The notes under the pieces are model-generated. The model was not told the DNA's origin. It searched no databases and worked only from the letters and a program-made list of their open reading frames with translations. A DNA stretch of 62,649 nt, filler included, from Choristocarpus tenellus KU-1152 (lineage: Eukaryota; Protista; Phaeophyceae), in assembly GCA_964200185.2 (NCBI GenBank). It is 13 parts of 13 records of this genome, joined end to end, with 100 filler letters (N's around TTAATTAATTAA, not from the genome) between each part and the next. Parts side by side here need not be neighbours in the genome. Positions count along the whole stretch, not along the records: positions 11,857 to 16,723 come from CAXNAD020012731.1; positions 16,824 to 19,538 come from CAXNAD020025371.1; positions 19,639 to 25,189 come from CAXNAD020010452.1; positions 25,290 to 28,026 come from CAXNAD020025180.1; 9 more parts are not named here. One strand, 5' to 3'. Position numbers and translations under genes: made by a program. Every line of letters begins with the position of its first letter. Position 1 is the stretch's first letter. This document shows, piece by piece, positions 12,619-25,695 of the stretch.

Positions 12619-15600
12619 GTGAGGCTGGGTACTGCACAGGGAACACAATAACCCCTCTTCTTCTGTGACAGCACTTCCTCAACAAGGGTAGTCAATTTTT
12701 AAATTTTCTTGCCAAGGTGATATGATTCACCAAGCCCCTATGAAGATGTTGGATAGCAACATACCATATGCTGATTCTTCTTTCTGGGGTTAAGGGCGAT
12801 GCACTCGTTTTTCTTTTTCTTCTTCAGAGGGGTGTCCCCCCTGAAGTACGTCAGGACTGTTGGTAGAATGATAAGATGCCTTCCTGGACTGATCTAAATC
12901 CCTCAGACATAGAATCATTGACTTGATCTTTCTGGATTTCGTAGTGTAGTGTCCCCCTAACCCTAACCTCATCTATCTCTCGTTTCAAAAAACGTGAAGC
13001 TGTGTTCTTGACATACTCTACTTATTTGTCCTCCAAGCTGCTGCTCTGAACCCTTACTCTGTGTGCATTGTGCATTGTTCTCATATTTCCTCTTTGGGGG
13101 CAGGCCATGGGCCTCCTCGGGCCGACAGTCATCCTTGGTTCTGATGTGCTCAAAATGGGGGGAGGAAGAATGATCTTGTCTACTTCAAGCCGTAAGATGT
13201 GGCTAGAATTGTGACCTCTGGTGCTGAGAGGCATCAAGCAAATCGAAACACAAGGGAATCAGTCCTCAGGTTGTGAAAGTGTAACCACCAACGTTTTTTT
13301 TTTTGTTTCTCCACAAAATATTTAATTTTATTTATGGTGGCTTGGTAGTGAGGGACGCGACTTTTGACACAAGGTCAGGAAGGTTCCCTGTCTGTAGTGT
13401 ATGTACACTTGTCTGAAAAGGGTGGTGTATGTAGATAGTGTTGCAGTACTGAAAAGACATGTGTGTAGTATGGTGTTGTCTCTGCGTAGGATGTTACATG
13501 TTGAGAGTGTTGTTTTCCTGCATCTGATCAATAGGAAGGTGCGCAGACGTAGACTACATACATTGTGTCCCTGATGGGTATATAGATAGCTCCAAGGAGG
13601 GTCTCCTTTTTTGAAATTTTTTGCCGCCATTGTTGCGGTTTTGAAATTCACCTCTCTATCATATCAATACATGCATGGTTCTATCTAAAAACGCTAACGA
13701 GTATAAAAAAATATTTGTGAAAGAGGGGAAAATAGGAGGGAAAGAAAAAGGTGCTTGTGATAATATTGTACTAATTTGTATTTACATTCTCAACGTTTTC
13801 TGGGTGAACAGGTTGGGGGGGTAGCAAGCCTGATTTATATACACTAGATGATATCATGATCAAAATACATTTATAGGTATTAATATTGGTTAGATGGCGC
13901 ATTATCGTGAGAGCTATCGCTTCGAGTGCTTCTCAAGTCCCCTGCCCCACACACCTGTTGATTAAGATCGTTTTTTCAGGAATATTGGATGTATATATTA
14001 TTATCAATATTGCACAACAGGCATCATGGATACATCCTACATCCTTGCCCCTAACCTGGCACTTCATAAATGCAGCACATCCTAACACAGACTGGATTGA
14101 CTACCTTCGAAGTGCAGCACAGCCCTCTCACTCATGGTTTGATATAGATTCCTATCTAGGCACACTCAGTACACAATCAAAAAGATCATCTACGTAAGAT
14201 ATCCTTCCTGAAAAATAAAGGGTCACTCCCCAAACGTGGGTTGACCAGTCTTCTTTCTACTGGTACAATCAATGCAACACATTCAGAAAAGAAATTAAAC
14301 CAAAGTACCTCCACCACGAGTGATATGCTCCCTGCCTGTCTACTGGGTATCAATGTTGCACGAAAATCCAATCCTCCCTGCCTTCAACCAACGAGGTTAA
14401 TGGCTAGCCTTGAAGAAAGTCAACTTGCTTCATCTCAGTCAAGGTGGAATGTTCCTCACAACTATTTCTGAAAGAGACCATTAACATCTGCTTAAGAATA
14501 GAAAAAAAGGATACCATGGTAGGAGTGTGTGGGATGTGGGGTGTGGGGTGGAGCAATCTGTAAGAATTCTATCAAGATAGCATAGCTCCCCTGACAAGAA
14601 AATACAATTCTCCCACACCCCTACATAGCGTAGGATGTGGTGCAACATCTGGTACAAGGCCACCACACAACACTCCCAATCCCAACCTTACTTTCTTTAT
14701 TCAGAGTCCAAGTAACTTGTGTAGGGACTAAAAAACTCAATAGATGGTAGACTACCTAAAAGCTAACTAGTACTACTACACAATGAACTATATTTGTGCA
14801 GAGTACTTAATGACAAGGATCATGGCATACATCAAATAGTTCTCAACTGAGCCAGGTATCCAGAGGAACTACACTGTTCTGATATCACTACACCTGCAGC
14901 AACCCAGTCCTCTTCAAGAGGGCATGTTTTGAGGGATGAGATACACGCTCCACCCTCCAGCTACATAACCCATGTTGGACACAGGAGAAGCAGGTTGTCT
15001 AAATGTGACAGAGTAAGCATGGGTCAGCATATTTCAACTCGTAATCCTGTTCCCAGCAGCATGCCATGGAGTCCATAGACCCTAAAACCTGACAAGGGGG
15101 AGAGCAATCCCTCACAAGATCACCCAGGAAAGAGTGAACAAGTGGAAAGTGAATGAGGGGGATTTGCATGGTCTCCTGAAAACACCTGCAATTTACTTCA
15201 TCCAGATGTTACCTTGTTGCAAAATCAAATGTCAAATGAACATCAAATTTTCAAGATAGGTTACCTTCTAGGTATACCTTCTTTGGAAGATGACTCTCAC
15301 AATCATCTGAAATTAATACAAGTAGTAAGGGTGGAAGGTCATTGTTTGAAGGAGCCAGATTTAAAAAAAAGTGGGCAAGATCTATTTCGAATCGTACATT
15401 CAAATAGTGTATGTGTTACACATACATTGGTTTGTTTTGATGGTTCTCGCAGATCATGCCTCAACAAATACAAAAACGAACTCAAACCATTCACTCCCTT
15501 CCAATTCAAAAAGATAAAGGCCGTCTATTTCTTTCTCTAAGGTTCGCGTATCATGAGTGATGGGTGTAAAAGATTGGAGTGATATATATCATGTTCGAAA

Positions 15601-16169
15601 TACTATTGGAAAAAAATACTAATGACAGTGATATGATACGATATTCTGAAAAAATTGGGACAAAATTGGAAAATTTTCGAATGTTCTGGAGGAACTGGAG
15701 TACCTAAGAAGGTGAGGATGAAGTGTAGGGCGTAACTGATGTAAATTGCTGTGAATGGAAAGGTCACCCAGTCTTTTTAAGTCAGTTGACATAAACGTTG
15801 TCACAATGAGACTATCTTACATAGGTGTTATTATAGGCAATGCACTCTTGAGGAGAGGGTTGGAGAACTACTCATCACATAACCACTTCAGAATCTCTGG
15901 GTCAACATTCTGCTTTGTAGTTCTGCGTATGATCATGGTGAGTGAATGAGTCGATGGGTGCACAGGAAAATACACTTGGCTACACAAAGCGAAGGTGACA
16001 ACAACAAAGAGGAATGGTATATAAAGGTTGACGAGAGGGACAGTGAAGAAGGCGATGGTGAATTGGAGGTACTGCCCGTGAAATTTCCCCCTTGCAACAC
16101 CAAAAGAAGGTCGCAAGTTTGGAACTTCTTTCGTAGGTCCCAGCAGGTGTTTGAAGTTGAAAGGGAAAT

Positions 16170-16429
16170 GAGTGAAAGTATCTTAGAGGATACGAGTTTT
16201 GCCCTGTTTGTCCATTTGGGGCTTGACTTCCCTTGGGGTTTTCTTATGACATTTTCCTACTCTGAAATATTTCGGAGCAGGTAAATTGTATCCGTTATGA
16301 AAAGGTGTTTCCTCAACAAGGATACTGACACTTCCTAACATACACGATAGCCAAAATTACATCAAAATTGCAACATTGGATTCTGGTCCCCAAATGGACG
16401 CAGCTCTACCCTCCAAGATACTTTGACTG
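16170..16429 (+). mobile_element. MITE family A, full copy, 4-bp TSD AAAT
   Basis: aaat|gagtgaaagtatcttagagg ... ctctaccctccaagatactttgactg|aaat. Confidence 0.92.
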
Positions 16430-16508
16430 AAATGCTTGATGGAGAAATCTCAGCCCAACAGGGGAGAACCTCTTCCTCTGATGAGAGCAACCAGCAGTTC
16501 AGAAATGA

Positions 16509-16683
16509 GGCTCAAAGTATCTGGGGGGGGTGGCGGCTGTCCATTTGGGGCCAATTTTTTCATGTCTCGATTTTTAGGTGATTTTGGTTCCATACGTTGG
16601 ATGGATAATGAAAGTGCACTTTTCCTCGTTTGGTCGAAATGGACACTCTGGTGTAGATCCCCCCCCCCCCCCCCCCCCCCCCT
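16509..16683 (+). mobile_element. MITE family B (~170-185 bp), right terminus missing
   Basis: ggctcaaagtatct-polyG-tggcggctgtccatttgggg ... gaaatggacactctggtgtagat-polyC. Confidence 0.88.
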
Positions 16684-16891
16684 CGGGTTTGTACACAACT
16701 CCCCCGCAAGGGGGCCGAAGCCCNNNNNNNNNNNNNNNNNNNNNNNNNNNNNNNNNNNNNNNNNNNNTTAATTAATTAANNNNNNNNNNNNNNNNNNNNN
16801 NNNNNNNNNNNNNNNNNNNNNNNATTTGGCGTAGTCTGGATTTAACTACTCCTTTCCTACCATATCCTCCCGCTCCTCTCCCTCCTATATA

Positions 16892-17050
16892 TAGTTTTCA
16901 TTGGTTTCCCCCCTGACACATCTGGAAAATGTCAGAGGGCATAATAATAAAATAATAGGAGAGTAGAGGGCGTACAATCCGTTGTGTTTTATTATAATTA
17001 TGCCCTCTGACATTTTCCAGAGGTTTGAGGGGGGAAACAAATGAAAATTA
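16892..17050. mobile_element. Foldback/hairpin MITE-like element
   Basis: About 60-bp inverted arms (tagttttcattggtttcccccctgacacatctggaaaatgtcagagggcataat and its near-perfect reverse complement) around a short loop, bounded by TA. Confidence 0.75.
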
Positions 17051-17787
17051 CACACGTCAGTATAAGCCCTAAAGAAATAAAATATCACAAATGTGAAAAA
17101 TACTAATATATTTGTTACTTCACCACTATCAAGATTGTACTACTCCTTCCTGTGCTTCCAATCTACCTACTCGTGCGTCCCGGGGGGAGGAGCGAGGGAG
17201 GCATCCCAAGAATCCAATAAACCCCTCCGTGCCCATCTCCCTTGTGACTCTAGCTTAAAACGCATGACAAGTCTAGACAGCGCCACTTGCGTACCCACCA
17301 AGACAATTTGGTGGAGTCGGGATTTGACTACTCCTTTTCTCTGTGGATTAAAATAGTTGAAAACAGATTTTCGTATAAAAAGGTCTGGCGTGGAAGGGGC
17401 TCAAACACAGAAAATTCATGCAGGTTAGGGTAACTTTTAAACCATGGATGGAGTCATGGGGATATGGTTATTTTCATCAGAACTACTGATGATATACTGA
17501 TACTTCTTATGTATGAAGTCGTCCATTCTCAAATCTACCTACCCCTCCATGTTTCTGTTTTGTATTCTCAAATTATATCGAGCTTTTTCCACCCGATTTC
17601 TGTTTCTGAGCAATGCTTTCGATATTTGTACCACAATACTACGATATAGTTGCGTGTGTTGTATGGTCGCGCAATAATCGCGCAACACACAGACCTTGGA
17701 CACAATCCTTCACCTCAATGTTAGTTGTCTTGATTCTGCAGTCCTTCCCAACTCACATTGAACCTTGCTAAAGCCTTAGTCCACAAG

Positions 17788-19144
17788 ATGGATATGCTAG
17801 TGTCATCTGCTCTGGAGGTAGGGTCGAGTCTACCATCATTCTTTGAGATGTTTATGGCTCGCCAGATCCAGCTCAGCCTCAAGCCTGCTGCAAGACACGG
17901 ACACGGGTGAGGTCAAGGTGAACCCCATCAAGTTTAGCGACATCACGTGGGGGGGGTGCAGTCAAACCCAGCGTGAGCATGGTCACTACATCGTATCTTT
18001 GGAATAGAATTGATGTAGCTAATTCCTCTGCAACCTTCAAACCAACCTTGGACCTCATACCTCCAGTTAAGTCACCTTTGTGCAGCCACGTCAAATCCCC
18101 TCCTTTCTTACTCACTCTTGCTTTGATGAATACATTTTCCCGTGTGGACGCAATCCATGTCACACGCGCGCTCCCCAATTACTGTCCGCCGAGTTAGGGC
18201 CCTCGCTGCACGTTGGCCGCAATTGTACCGTTTTACGCCGTGGTTTGACGAGGCCTACGCGTTGTTGATGGTCTTGGTCGAGGGCCACTACTTGGCTGAT
18301 CACGACTGCTTATTGGCGGAGAGCTTTTACGGTTTAAGACGGTGCCGTTATCAGGTACCAAGCGATGGTGAGGCGTAGAACTCGTGGTGGGGATTACTGG
18401 ACATTGAAAGATGGGTGATAAATACAACTTTCTTAGAAGAGGAGCCCTTGTAGTGCTATGTAGTTTGGAGATCTGTGAAAGTTTTGTTACTTTTTAGACA
18501 AGAAGCTGCAATGTAGAAGCCTTACAAGAGTTATCAAGATTATCACGGCAACAACGGCACTCTCCCTGTCATTTTTTCCCGAAGACCTCATGCATGTATG
18601 GCATATATACTCATCACACTTGCGATTGAATAACTGCTTGTGATATCGACGAATTGCGGCTGTCTACTTACCTTATTGAAGAGGTGGATACCATCATGCA
18701 TCAATCGCATTTGTTGCTTGCTTGTCATGAATATGTTGAAGGTCGTTGCCGTGTTTCAGTCAGTCTCTCTATGAGATGCAAGAACAGAATCACCTGCAAA
18801 ACATCGAATCCTTCTGGAAAAGCATGTAGGTTAGGTTGCTGTGCATGCACATGTATTTTTTGTTTACCTATATGAAATATGACTATGAATGTTCGAACTT
18901 CTCAAAAGTAAATACAAGATTACACTGATCTGTACACTGCAGTGCACAGTTGTTTGAGGGATCTGTCCTGTATGTCCCCCATGGTGTGTCCAGGCTTGCA
19001 TGAAGATGCACATGTGGCATTCACCAGGAACGGGGCTGGTGCTGGATCGGAACACAATCTACGTGGAAGGGACCGGCGAAAAGCGCTCTTGGTAGCTGTG
19101 CTTTTGCCGTACATCCTTGCCAAGATGGAGGCTGCACACAACAG
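17788..19144 (+). CDS. PEX12: Peroxisome biogenesis factor 12, first three exons (contig ends before the RING domain)
   Basis: Exons 17788-17906, 18198-18367 and 18994-19144 join in phases 2 and 1. They give LPSFFEMFMARQIQLSLKPA, WFDEAYALLMVLVEGHYL...AESFYGLRR and ALLVAVLLPYILAKME, which are the Pex2/Pex12 N-terminal motifs typical of PEX12. Confidence 0.92.
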
Positions 19145-19638
19145 GTTGGTGTTTCCCTTTATGTGTAATAAGAGGCAGGGTGTGTGTGTGTGTGTGAAGG
19201 AAGTTCTTGTAAGGATCTTGCTTCATTTTTTATACTCTGACGGACTGTAAAGAGCGTGCTGCCAGTTGCCGATGTGCCGTCCACACCTTTGTAACTTAGA
19301 ACAGAATGTGATGTAACGTGATGCCATCTATGTATGCTCTTTTGTGTGAACACCATGGCGTAGACATACGAGGACGCCTAACCAAGCAGGATGTTCATTG
19401 AATAATGCCTACTGAAATTGTTCTGTAAAATAAGAAAGATAAGTCTACATCATGCTCAAGCTTGATATTTTCCATGCTCTTCAAGGCATCTGATTTCTAA
19501 AAAACGCATTGTAGTAGAAAATATTATTAGACGCTGTANNNNNNNNNNNNNNNNNNNNNNNNNNNNNNNNNNNNNNNNNNNNTTAATTAATTAANNNNNN
19601 NNNNNNNNNNNNNNNNNNNNNNNNNNNNNNNNNNNNNN

Positions 19639-19732
19639 TAGTAGTAGTAGTAGTGGTAGTGGTAGTGGTAGTGGTAGTGGTAGTAGTAGTAGTAGTAGTA
19701 ACAGTAGTAGTAGTAACAGTAGTAGTAGTAAC

Positions 19733-19770
<38 letters not shown>

Positions 19771-19921
19771 CAGTAGTAGTAGTAGTAACAGTAGTAATAG
19801 TATTAGTAGTAGCAGTAGTAACAGTAGTAGTAGTAACAGTAGTAGTAGTAACAGTAGTAGTAGTGGCAGTAGTGGCAGTAGTGGCAGAAGTAGTAGTAGT
19901 AGTAGTCGTAGTAGTAGTAGT

Positions 19922-19956
<35 letters not shown>

Positions 19957-19958
19957 TA
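19639..19958. repeat. (GTA)n microsatellite with GCA/ACA/GTG variants
   Basis: Directly visible. It explains the poly-T, poly-L and poly-V ORFs. Confidence 0.97.
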
Positions 19959-20139
19959 CCATGGTGCCATTGAGGGTGTAATAACAACACTAAGCAACAC
20001 AACGAAGCTACGCACCTTTATCAAATATAGAAATGCCAAATTATTTTTTTCATGGAAGGACATCTTGTAATTACTTCATGTTTAATTCAACAATGGGATG
20101 AAACCCGTCTGAAACACACATGGGGGGAAACCCCATCCA

Positions 20140-20235
20140 GCGTCGTGGTGCAATGGCTAAGAATACAACTCCTAGCACAAATATAGCAGGTTGGATTCCC
20201 TTTGTTGTGAGATTTCCTTCAACGGAAATCTGGTT
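20140..20235 (+). mobile_element. tRNA-derived SINE-like head
   Basis: GCGTCGTGGTGCAATGG (A box) ... GGTTGGATTCC (B box-like), then GGAAATCTGGTT as in the element at 8619-8734. Confidence 0.55.
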
Positions 20236-23099
20236 CTGATGGTCTGAAGATCATTTGGCAAGTCATGCGCACTACTGAGCAACTGTTCTACCCTCTCTTT
20301 AACTAGGGCACAGAAGTATTGATGGTCCAAAAAATGTAGAAGTCATCTGGGTATCCAGGGAAGGAATTGACAGGATGGATATGTTGCCATGATAGAAAGA
20401 GTAACCTTACTATTATCGAAAATATATATTTGGCATTTTTCTACAATGAGGAAGAACAGCGTGAGTACAACAAGAAGAGAACACAACAGAGTGGATGTTT
20501 GAGAAGGAAGTCATACTACCTACTATATGCTGTATATAATACAATATGAGTGATTGCTAATGCCAAGTCCCGTCCTGACTGCACAACACCACCCATATTC
20601 CCATGGGAAAAAGGAGTACCTGTGGTTCGTGGGCAACAACAGTTTTCAATCCCAGAGCTAGATTTTCAAAAACTGCGATTTTCTAGATCATCATTTGATT
20701 TGAGACAGGACGAAATTGGCCTTTTTCTACAAGTGGAATTTCTTCCTGCATGTGCATATATGTCCAGAAACAGCCAATCAAACCAACCAATTGTGGTCCT
20801 ACTTGGTGCTGGAGCTGATCCTTGAATTATGCTTTTCTTTCTGTTTTATGTTATTTTCTGTGTGGACTTCACCATTGAGTCTGCCTTTCTTGATACATAG
20901 GTAATTTTTTTTTTTACTCTCTCTTACATTACCCTTCTGAGACATCGTCCGAGTGTGGCATCATCCCAGTGGGGACGAGAAGCCTCTTGCTGAAGGACAC
21001 CTGTCACATATTCACCTTGACTCGATATATTTCGTTCCTCTCTGGGTTGGAATATGGCGATGGGATGCCTACCTCATACTGAAGGGAATCCCCAGCTTGC
21101 TATACAACCCAATTCCTGTCTCAGAGGTGGAACCGACAAATGCGACATGTCAACCCAGATTATGACAACAGCAATGATCCTATAGGTTCAATTATTCTGT
21201 ATGTTGCTTCCTTCTCCTCGACAATATCTACCATATTTTGCTTTCAAGCACCACTGCATCATCATACCTCAAACTAATGTGTGATAGTCGATCAATCAAC
21301 AAATCAAATCGCCCATTCATCCTTGTTCTGAACCAAGAACCTATTTTAGTCTCTAGGTGCCCGCCTACACCTGCAACAAATCGATGCATTTCTGAGGTCA
21401 AGAACAATGAATGAAGAATGTTGTAATGTTGTTTGCGCATAGGAATGTGATGCTGTAACCTACACTATTCAACGATTACTTTTAAGGCACTTGGATACAT
21501 CCTTTTGACCACTGGTGAAAACAGGACAGTGTTCATCCATTAATGAGGGAATCAAGATCCAGACCCACTTGTTCACCAGGCATCAAGAAAAAACGGATCC
21601 CAACCACACTCACACACTATGTACGACTCGCCCATTATGAGTTCAAATTTCAGACCACTAACGAGATAGCTCGTTGTATATATATACAACACAATTCAGT
21701 GGGGTGTAACCATGGACAAGTAATTTGCGACCTAAAAGCTGATGAGATCCTAGGGTAAAGAAACAATATTATGTTAACTACTTTTTTTCTCCACCAACTA
21801 TGTCCATCTCATTTGTCGGTCTCACTAAAAGATGTATAGATCTTGAATCGATATATATGTATAGAGAGAGGTCTACATCTTCCGCAACGAGTACATACTC
21901 CAGAGTACACACAAAATAAGAGCATTGCATATATATCAAACACTTCAATATGCAGATCTGGTACAGACGACTTCACGCAAATGTAACACTTCGGTAGGGA
22001 AGCGCGGATGAGTAATTTATGGAGAGATATCTACTTCCATGAGCATGTCCAAGGTATCTGTTTCAAATTAATAGCAGTTTGTCATTTTTTCGTCACGTTT
22101 TTAGTATGGGTCAGTTGGTTTTGGCATGAAGATGCCTAATATTGTTCTGCGCTATCACCTGACCATGCTTTTGTCCTCGTCAACACACTATGTACTATCC
22201 TCTTGGCGTCCGAGCATTTTCAGGCATAGAGGTGTTTTGTCTCCATAAACATCTGTAATTTCAATTATTAACCATCACCATACGTGGTTTTGTTGTTGTT
22301 GGATAAGGAGTTTTTTTTTTAATGTAATGCGACAGGAATGGAACAATAGTTTGATGATAAAATTGCTTCGAAAAATCACTACTACTATAGACTTCTAACC
22401 CATCCATTCCAAATTCAAGACTCTGTTATCCCTACTATCTTTGTGTTCTACACATTGTATAATCCTAATTCCCCTCCATATAACAAATCTTCCAGAATAG
22501 TTCGATTGTGTACGTTTGATATAGTTATCGTACTTCTGTTACAGTGTTGCATTGTATGTCATATGTCAAGACTACTTGTTGTAGTATCTATCTCACAACA
22601 ACATTCAACGGCTTCACAAAAATGGCAAATGTGACCAATCATGGGCGATGTTGAGATCGTCAGTAGGTGATGATGGATCTCATCAAAGAGGTTATTATCT
22701 GTCAAACACGACACATAAATGATATATGCAGGTTGTACAACCGTTGACCAATTTCGTCAGTTCATATTTATCTGTACAAGCAAATAAATTGTACACGACC
22801 AGAAGTAGTACATATTAATAATGTGCTTGTTTCATTCGTAGCACTTCCATCCATCACATTTTCCACTGCCTCAAAAAAATTCCATCAACTGTGTACAATC
22901 ACATTTTCTGTTGACATAATTTAGAGTAGTAAGTGATAATAAACCCACGAAAACGAGACGTCGAAAGTCAACCCACTACTCACGACCAAAAATGTTACCA
23001 ACCATACCTTACCATCTACGGTTTTACTATTTGGGATGGAACCAATTGTGTTCCAAACAGGGTGGAGCGTGCCCTTCTAGACATTCATTCGCCGAAGAA

Positions 23100-25189
23100 A
23101 TGAGTGTAGCGAATGGGTCATTAGCCCAGACGGAAGAAACGCCATCAACGGTGTACGCCGCTCGGCCTTCATCAAGGCTCTCCCTCAGACTCTACCAGGA
23201 CTCCTGCCGTACGTATCCAAGGTGTATGGGGACACCCGTAATCTTTTTTTCCCCCCAGATGAGGGAGGGATGAAGATAATGCCATCAAGGTCATGGGTAC
23301 AGCAAGGGAACTCCATTGCCCCCCTCCTATATTGCATGGCAACCTCCAAAGCCCTACAGCGGGCCCAGTCTACTTTTGGACGACAGGGGGTCTCCTCCCG
23401 AACCTATCTGGACGACACATCCATTTCTGCAAGGGAAATCAACCTCAACAAAATAGCTGCTTTTGAGCAGCTAAATACTGAGCTACACGAGGTAGGCATT
23501 GCCCTCAACATGGATAAAAACCTCTTTCCTGCACCTCCCTAGGACCACCAATCCACGCCCTCAGAACTGGAACTTTTAGCCACAGCAGGAATCATCCTGG
23601 CCCCAAGCCCAAATGGTTTTGTTACATTGGGGACTCCAGTGGGAACAGATGGATTCATCCAAGCCCACATAGCTGAGGCGATCAAGAGCTCTGGGTCACT
23701 AACACTGGCCACGTACCTCGGTGAGATGAGGACAAACAAGTGGCCTGCCTCGCTCCTCAACTCCTGGTCCCTCTCCTCCCGTTTAGGCTATTTGGCAAAG
23801 GTCACTCCCCCCCACCTGGCACACTCCACCATGGAACGAGTAGACAATACCTCATTATGGACGCTAGAGAAGACAATGGAGGTAGCAGACTCTGCGGTAG
23901 CCACTGAATTATTTGAATGAGAGTGTGACAATAGGTCTCTCCACCTGGAGACATGCCAACAAATACAAGCACAGATGTCCACAAGTTCGGGGGGGTTGGG
24001 CCTATCCTCTATGAACCATCGCCAACATGCAGCCTTAGTAGGATCACTGGTGGCTACTCTCCCCACCCTCTTAGCAAGGCAACAAGGGGCTCATGGATAA
24101 TCTTTCTCACCAGTCATTTGTATGAGCCCGACAGTAAGGGTACTGGGATCATCCATCCACACCCTCCTAACTCCAGGAGTCCCTTCAGGAGACTTGGGGG
24201 AAATTATTGACCAAGGCTGGGTAGCCCGGGTGAGAACAACAACCTTCGTACCTGGCCCAGAGGTATACACTCTAGTAGACCATGATGCCAGGATCACAAG
24301 GAGGGCACAACACGAGATCACTCACCTCCTAAACAGGATCCACCTAGACTCTTCCCGGACGCTATTGGTCACCTTACCTGATGAAGTGGAACAAGGGAAG
24401 GAAAGCTCCTTGCTAGGCTTGGCTTGCCACCAGAGCCAATGTGGATAAGAGGCAAATGCAAGGGAGCCAAAGTATCTTAGAGGGTAGAACCGTGTCCATA
24501 TGTGGGTCAAAATCAATGTTGCGATTTTGATATAATTTTGGCTATCGTGTTTGTTAGGAAGTGTCAATATCTATGTTTCGGACATACCTTTTCAAAACAT
24601 ACACATTTTACCTACTCCTACACATTTTGGAGTAGGAATATGTAATAAAAAAAGATGGGAAGCCAAGCCCCAAATCGACAAACAGGGCAAAACTCGTACC
24701 CACGAAAATACTTTCACTCATGGGCCTCAACACAACCCCTGGAGCTGGCATGTCAGATCCCTTCCATAGAGTTTAAACTCACTGCCAGCAGATCCTTAGG
24801 GAGGGAGACCCTATCGAACAGGTGCCTGGGTGCAGGAGGTAATGTGTAGATACATGACATGTACGTACCTTCCCTAGGGCAGGAGGATAGGTTCACCAAC
24901 ACACACCGATGGTGAAGCATCTAGGTCAACTCTGCAAAGGAATGGGCATCCCTTGCACTATGTAGGACGGTAGCTTTCCGCATCAATCAGGTCTTCCATG
25001 CTAGGGAACTTGTGGACCCCAGACCAGCTCCCTACCGTGACTTCTAGGTGTTGCATTTGCAGAGGTGCAGGCAGTATCTCACCTACCCCACTCATCCACC
25101 AGCAACGATGTAGCTGCTGCTGCAGCTGAGGCGTGAAAGCACACCCACTACAAGGGTTCTTTTAACCCTCGTAGTTATAACCTCAACAC
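23100..25189 (+). mobile_element. Decayed non-LTR retrotransposon, CRE-like (RT plus C-terminal restriction-like endonuclease region)
   Basis: Motifs WVISPDGRNAINGVRR..LPGLLPY, SRSWVQQGNSIAPLLY, TYLDD, GFVTLGTPVGTDGF, GGLG and ANAWASTQP...FKLTASRSLG, plus the C-terminal AAAEA*KHTHYK. Contains stops and frameshifts and is interrupted by a family A MITE. Confidence 0.85.
24464..24719 (-). mobile_element. MITE family A, full copy, 4-bp TSD (AAGG/ATGG), nested in the CRE-like element
   Basis: gagccaaagtatcttagagggtag ... aatactttcactc. Removing it plus 4 bp restores the frame EANAWASTQPL. Confidence 0.92.
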
Positions 25190-25289
25190 NNNNNNNNNNN
25201 NNNNNNNNNNNNNNNNNNNNNNNNNNNNNNNNNTTAATTAATTAANNNNNNNNNNNNNNNNNNNNNNNNNNNNNNNNNNNNNNNNNNNN

Positions 25290-25362
25290 CACCTAAAAAT
25301 CGCGACATGAAAAAATTGACCCCAAATGGACAGCCGCCACCCCCTCCCAGATACTTTGAGCC
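25290..25362 (-). mobile_element. MITE family B, left end only (contig edge)
   Basis: aaaattgaccccaaatggacagccgccaccccctcccagatactttgagcc. Confidence 0.88.
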
Positions 25363-25507
25363 TCACATTGCATGGAGTCCCCCTTGGGAGACCAATATTG
25401 GTGCTCACCTTCCCCAAACCATTTCAGAGTCAAATCATTAAAGAGGGTAGGGATGCGTCCGTTTGGAGTCAATAAATCCAATGCTGTGATGTTGATGAAT
25501 TTCTTCC

Positions 25508-25695
25508 ATCGTGTTTGTTAACCAGTGTCAGTATCCTTGCTCCGGACACACCTTTCATAGTCTATACGTTTTTCTTACTCTCAAATCCGAAATGTTCACA
25601 CAGAAAACCGAAAAAGGGCTTTAAAAACCCATGGAAAGCCAAGCCCTGAACAGAAAAACAGGGCAAAACTCTTACCCTCTTAAATTCTTTGGGTC
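25508..25695 (-). mobile_element. MITE family A, diverged partial copy
   Basis: gtgtcagtatccttgctccggacacaccttt ... aacagggcaaaactcttaccctcttaaattctttgggtc. Confidence 0.75.

Noticed and set aside
15946-16170. BED zinc finger (SQVWNFF)
   Set aside because: No following Cys/His ligands were found on either side of the MITE insertion.
19583-20063. Poly-Thr, poly-Leu and poly-Val ORFs
   Set aside because: Translations of a (GTA)n microsatellite.
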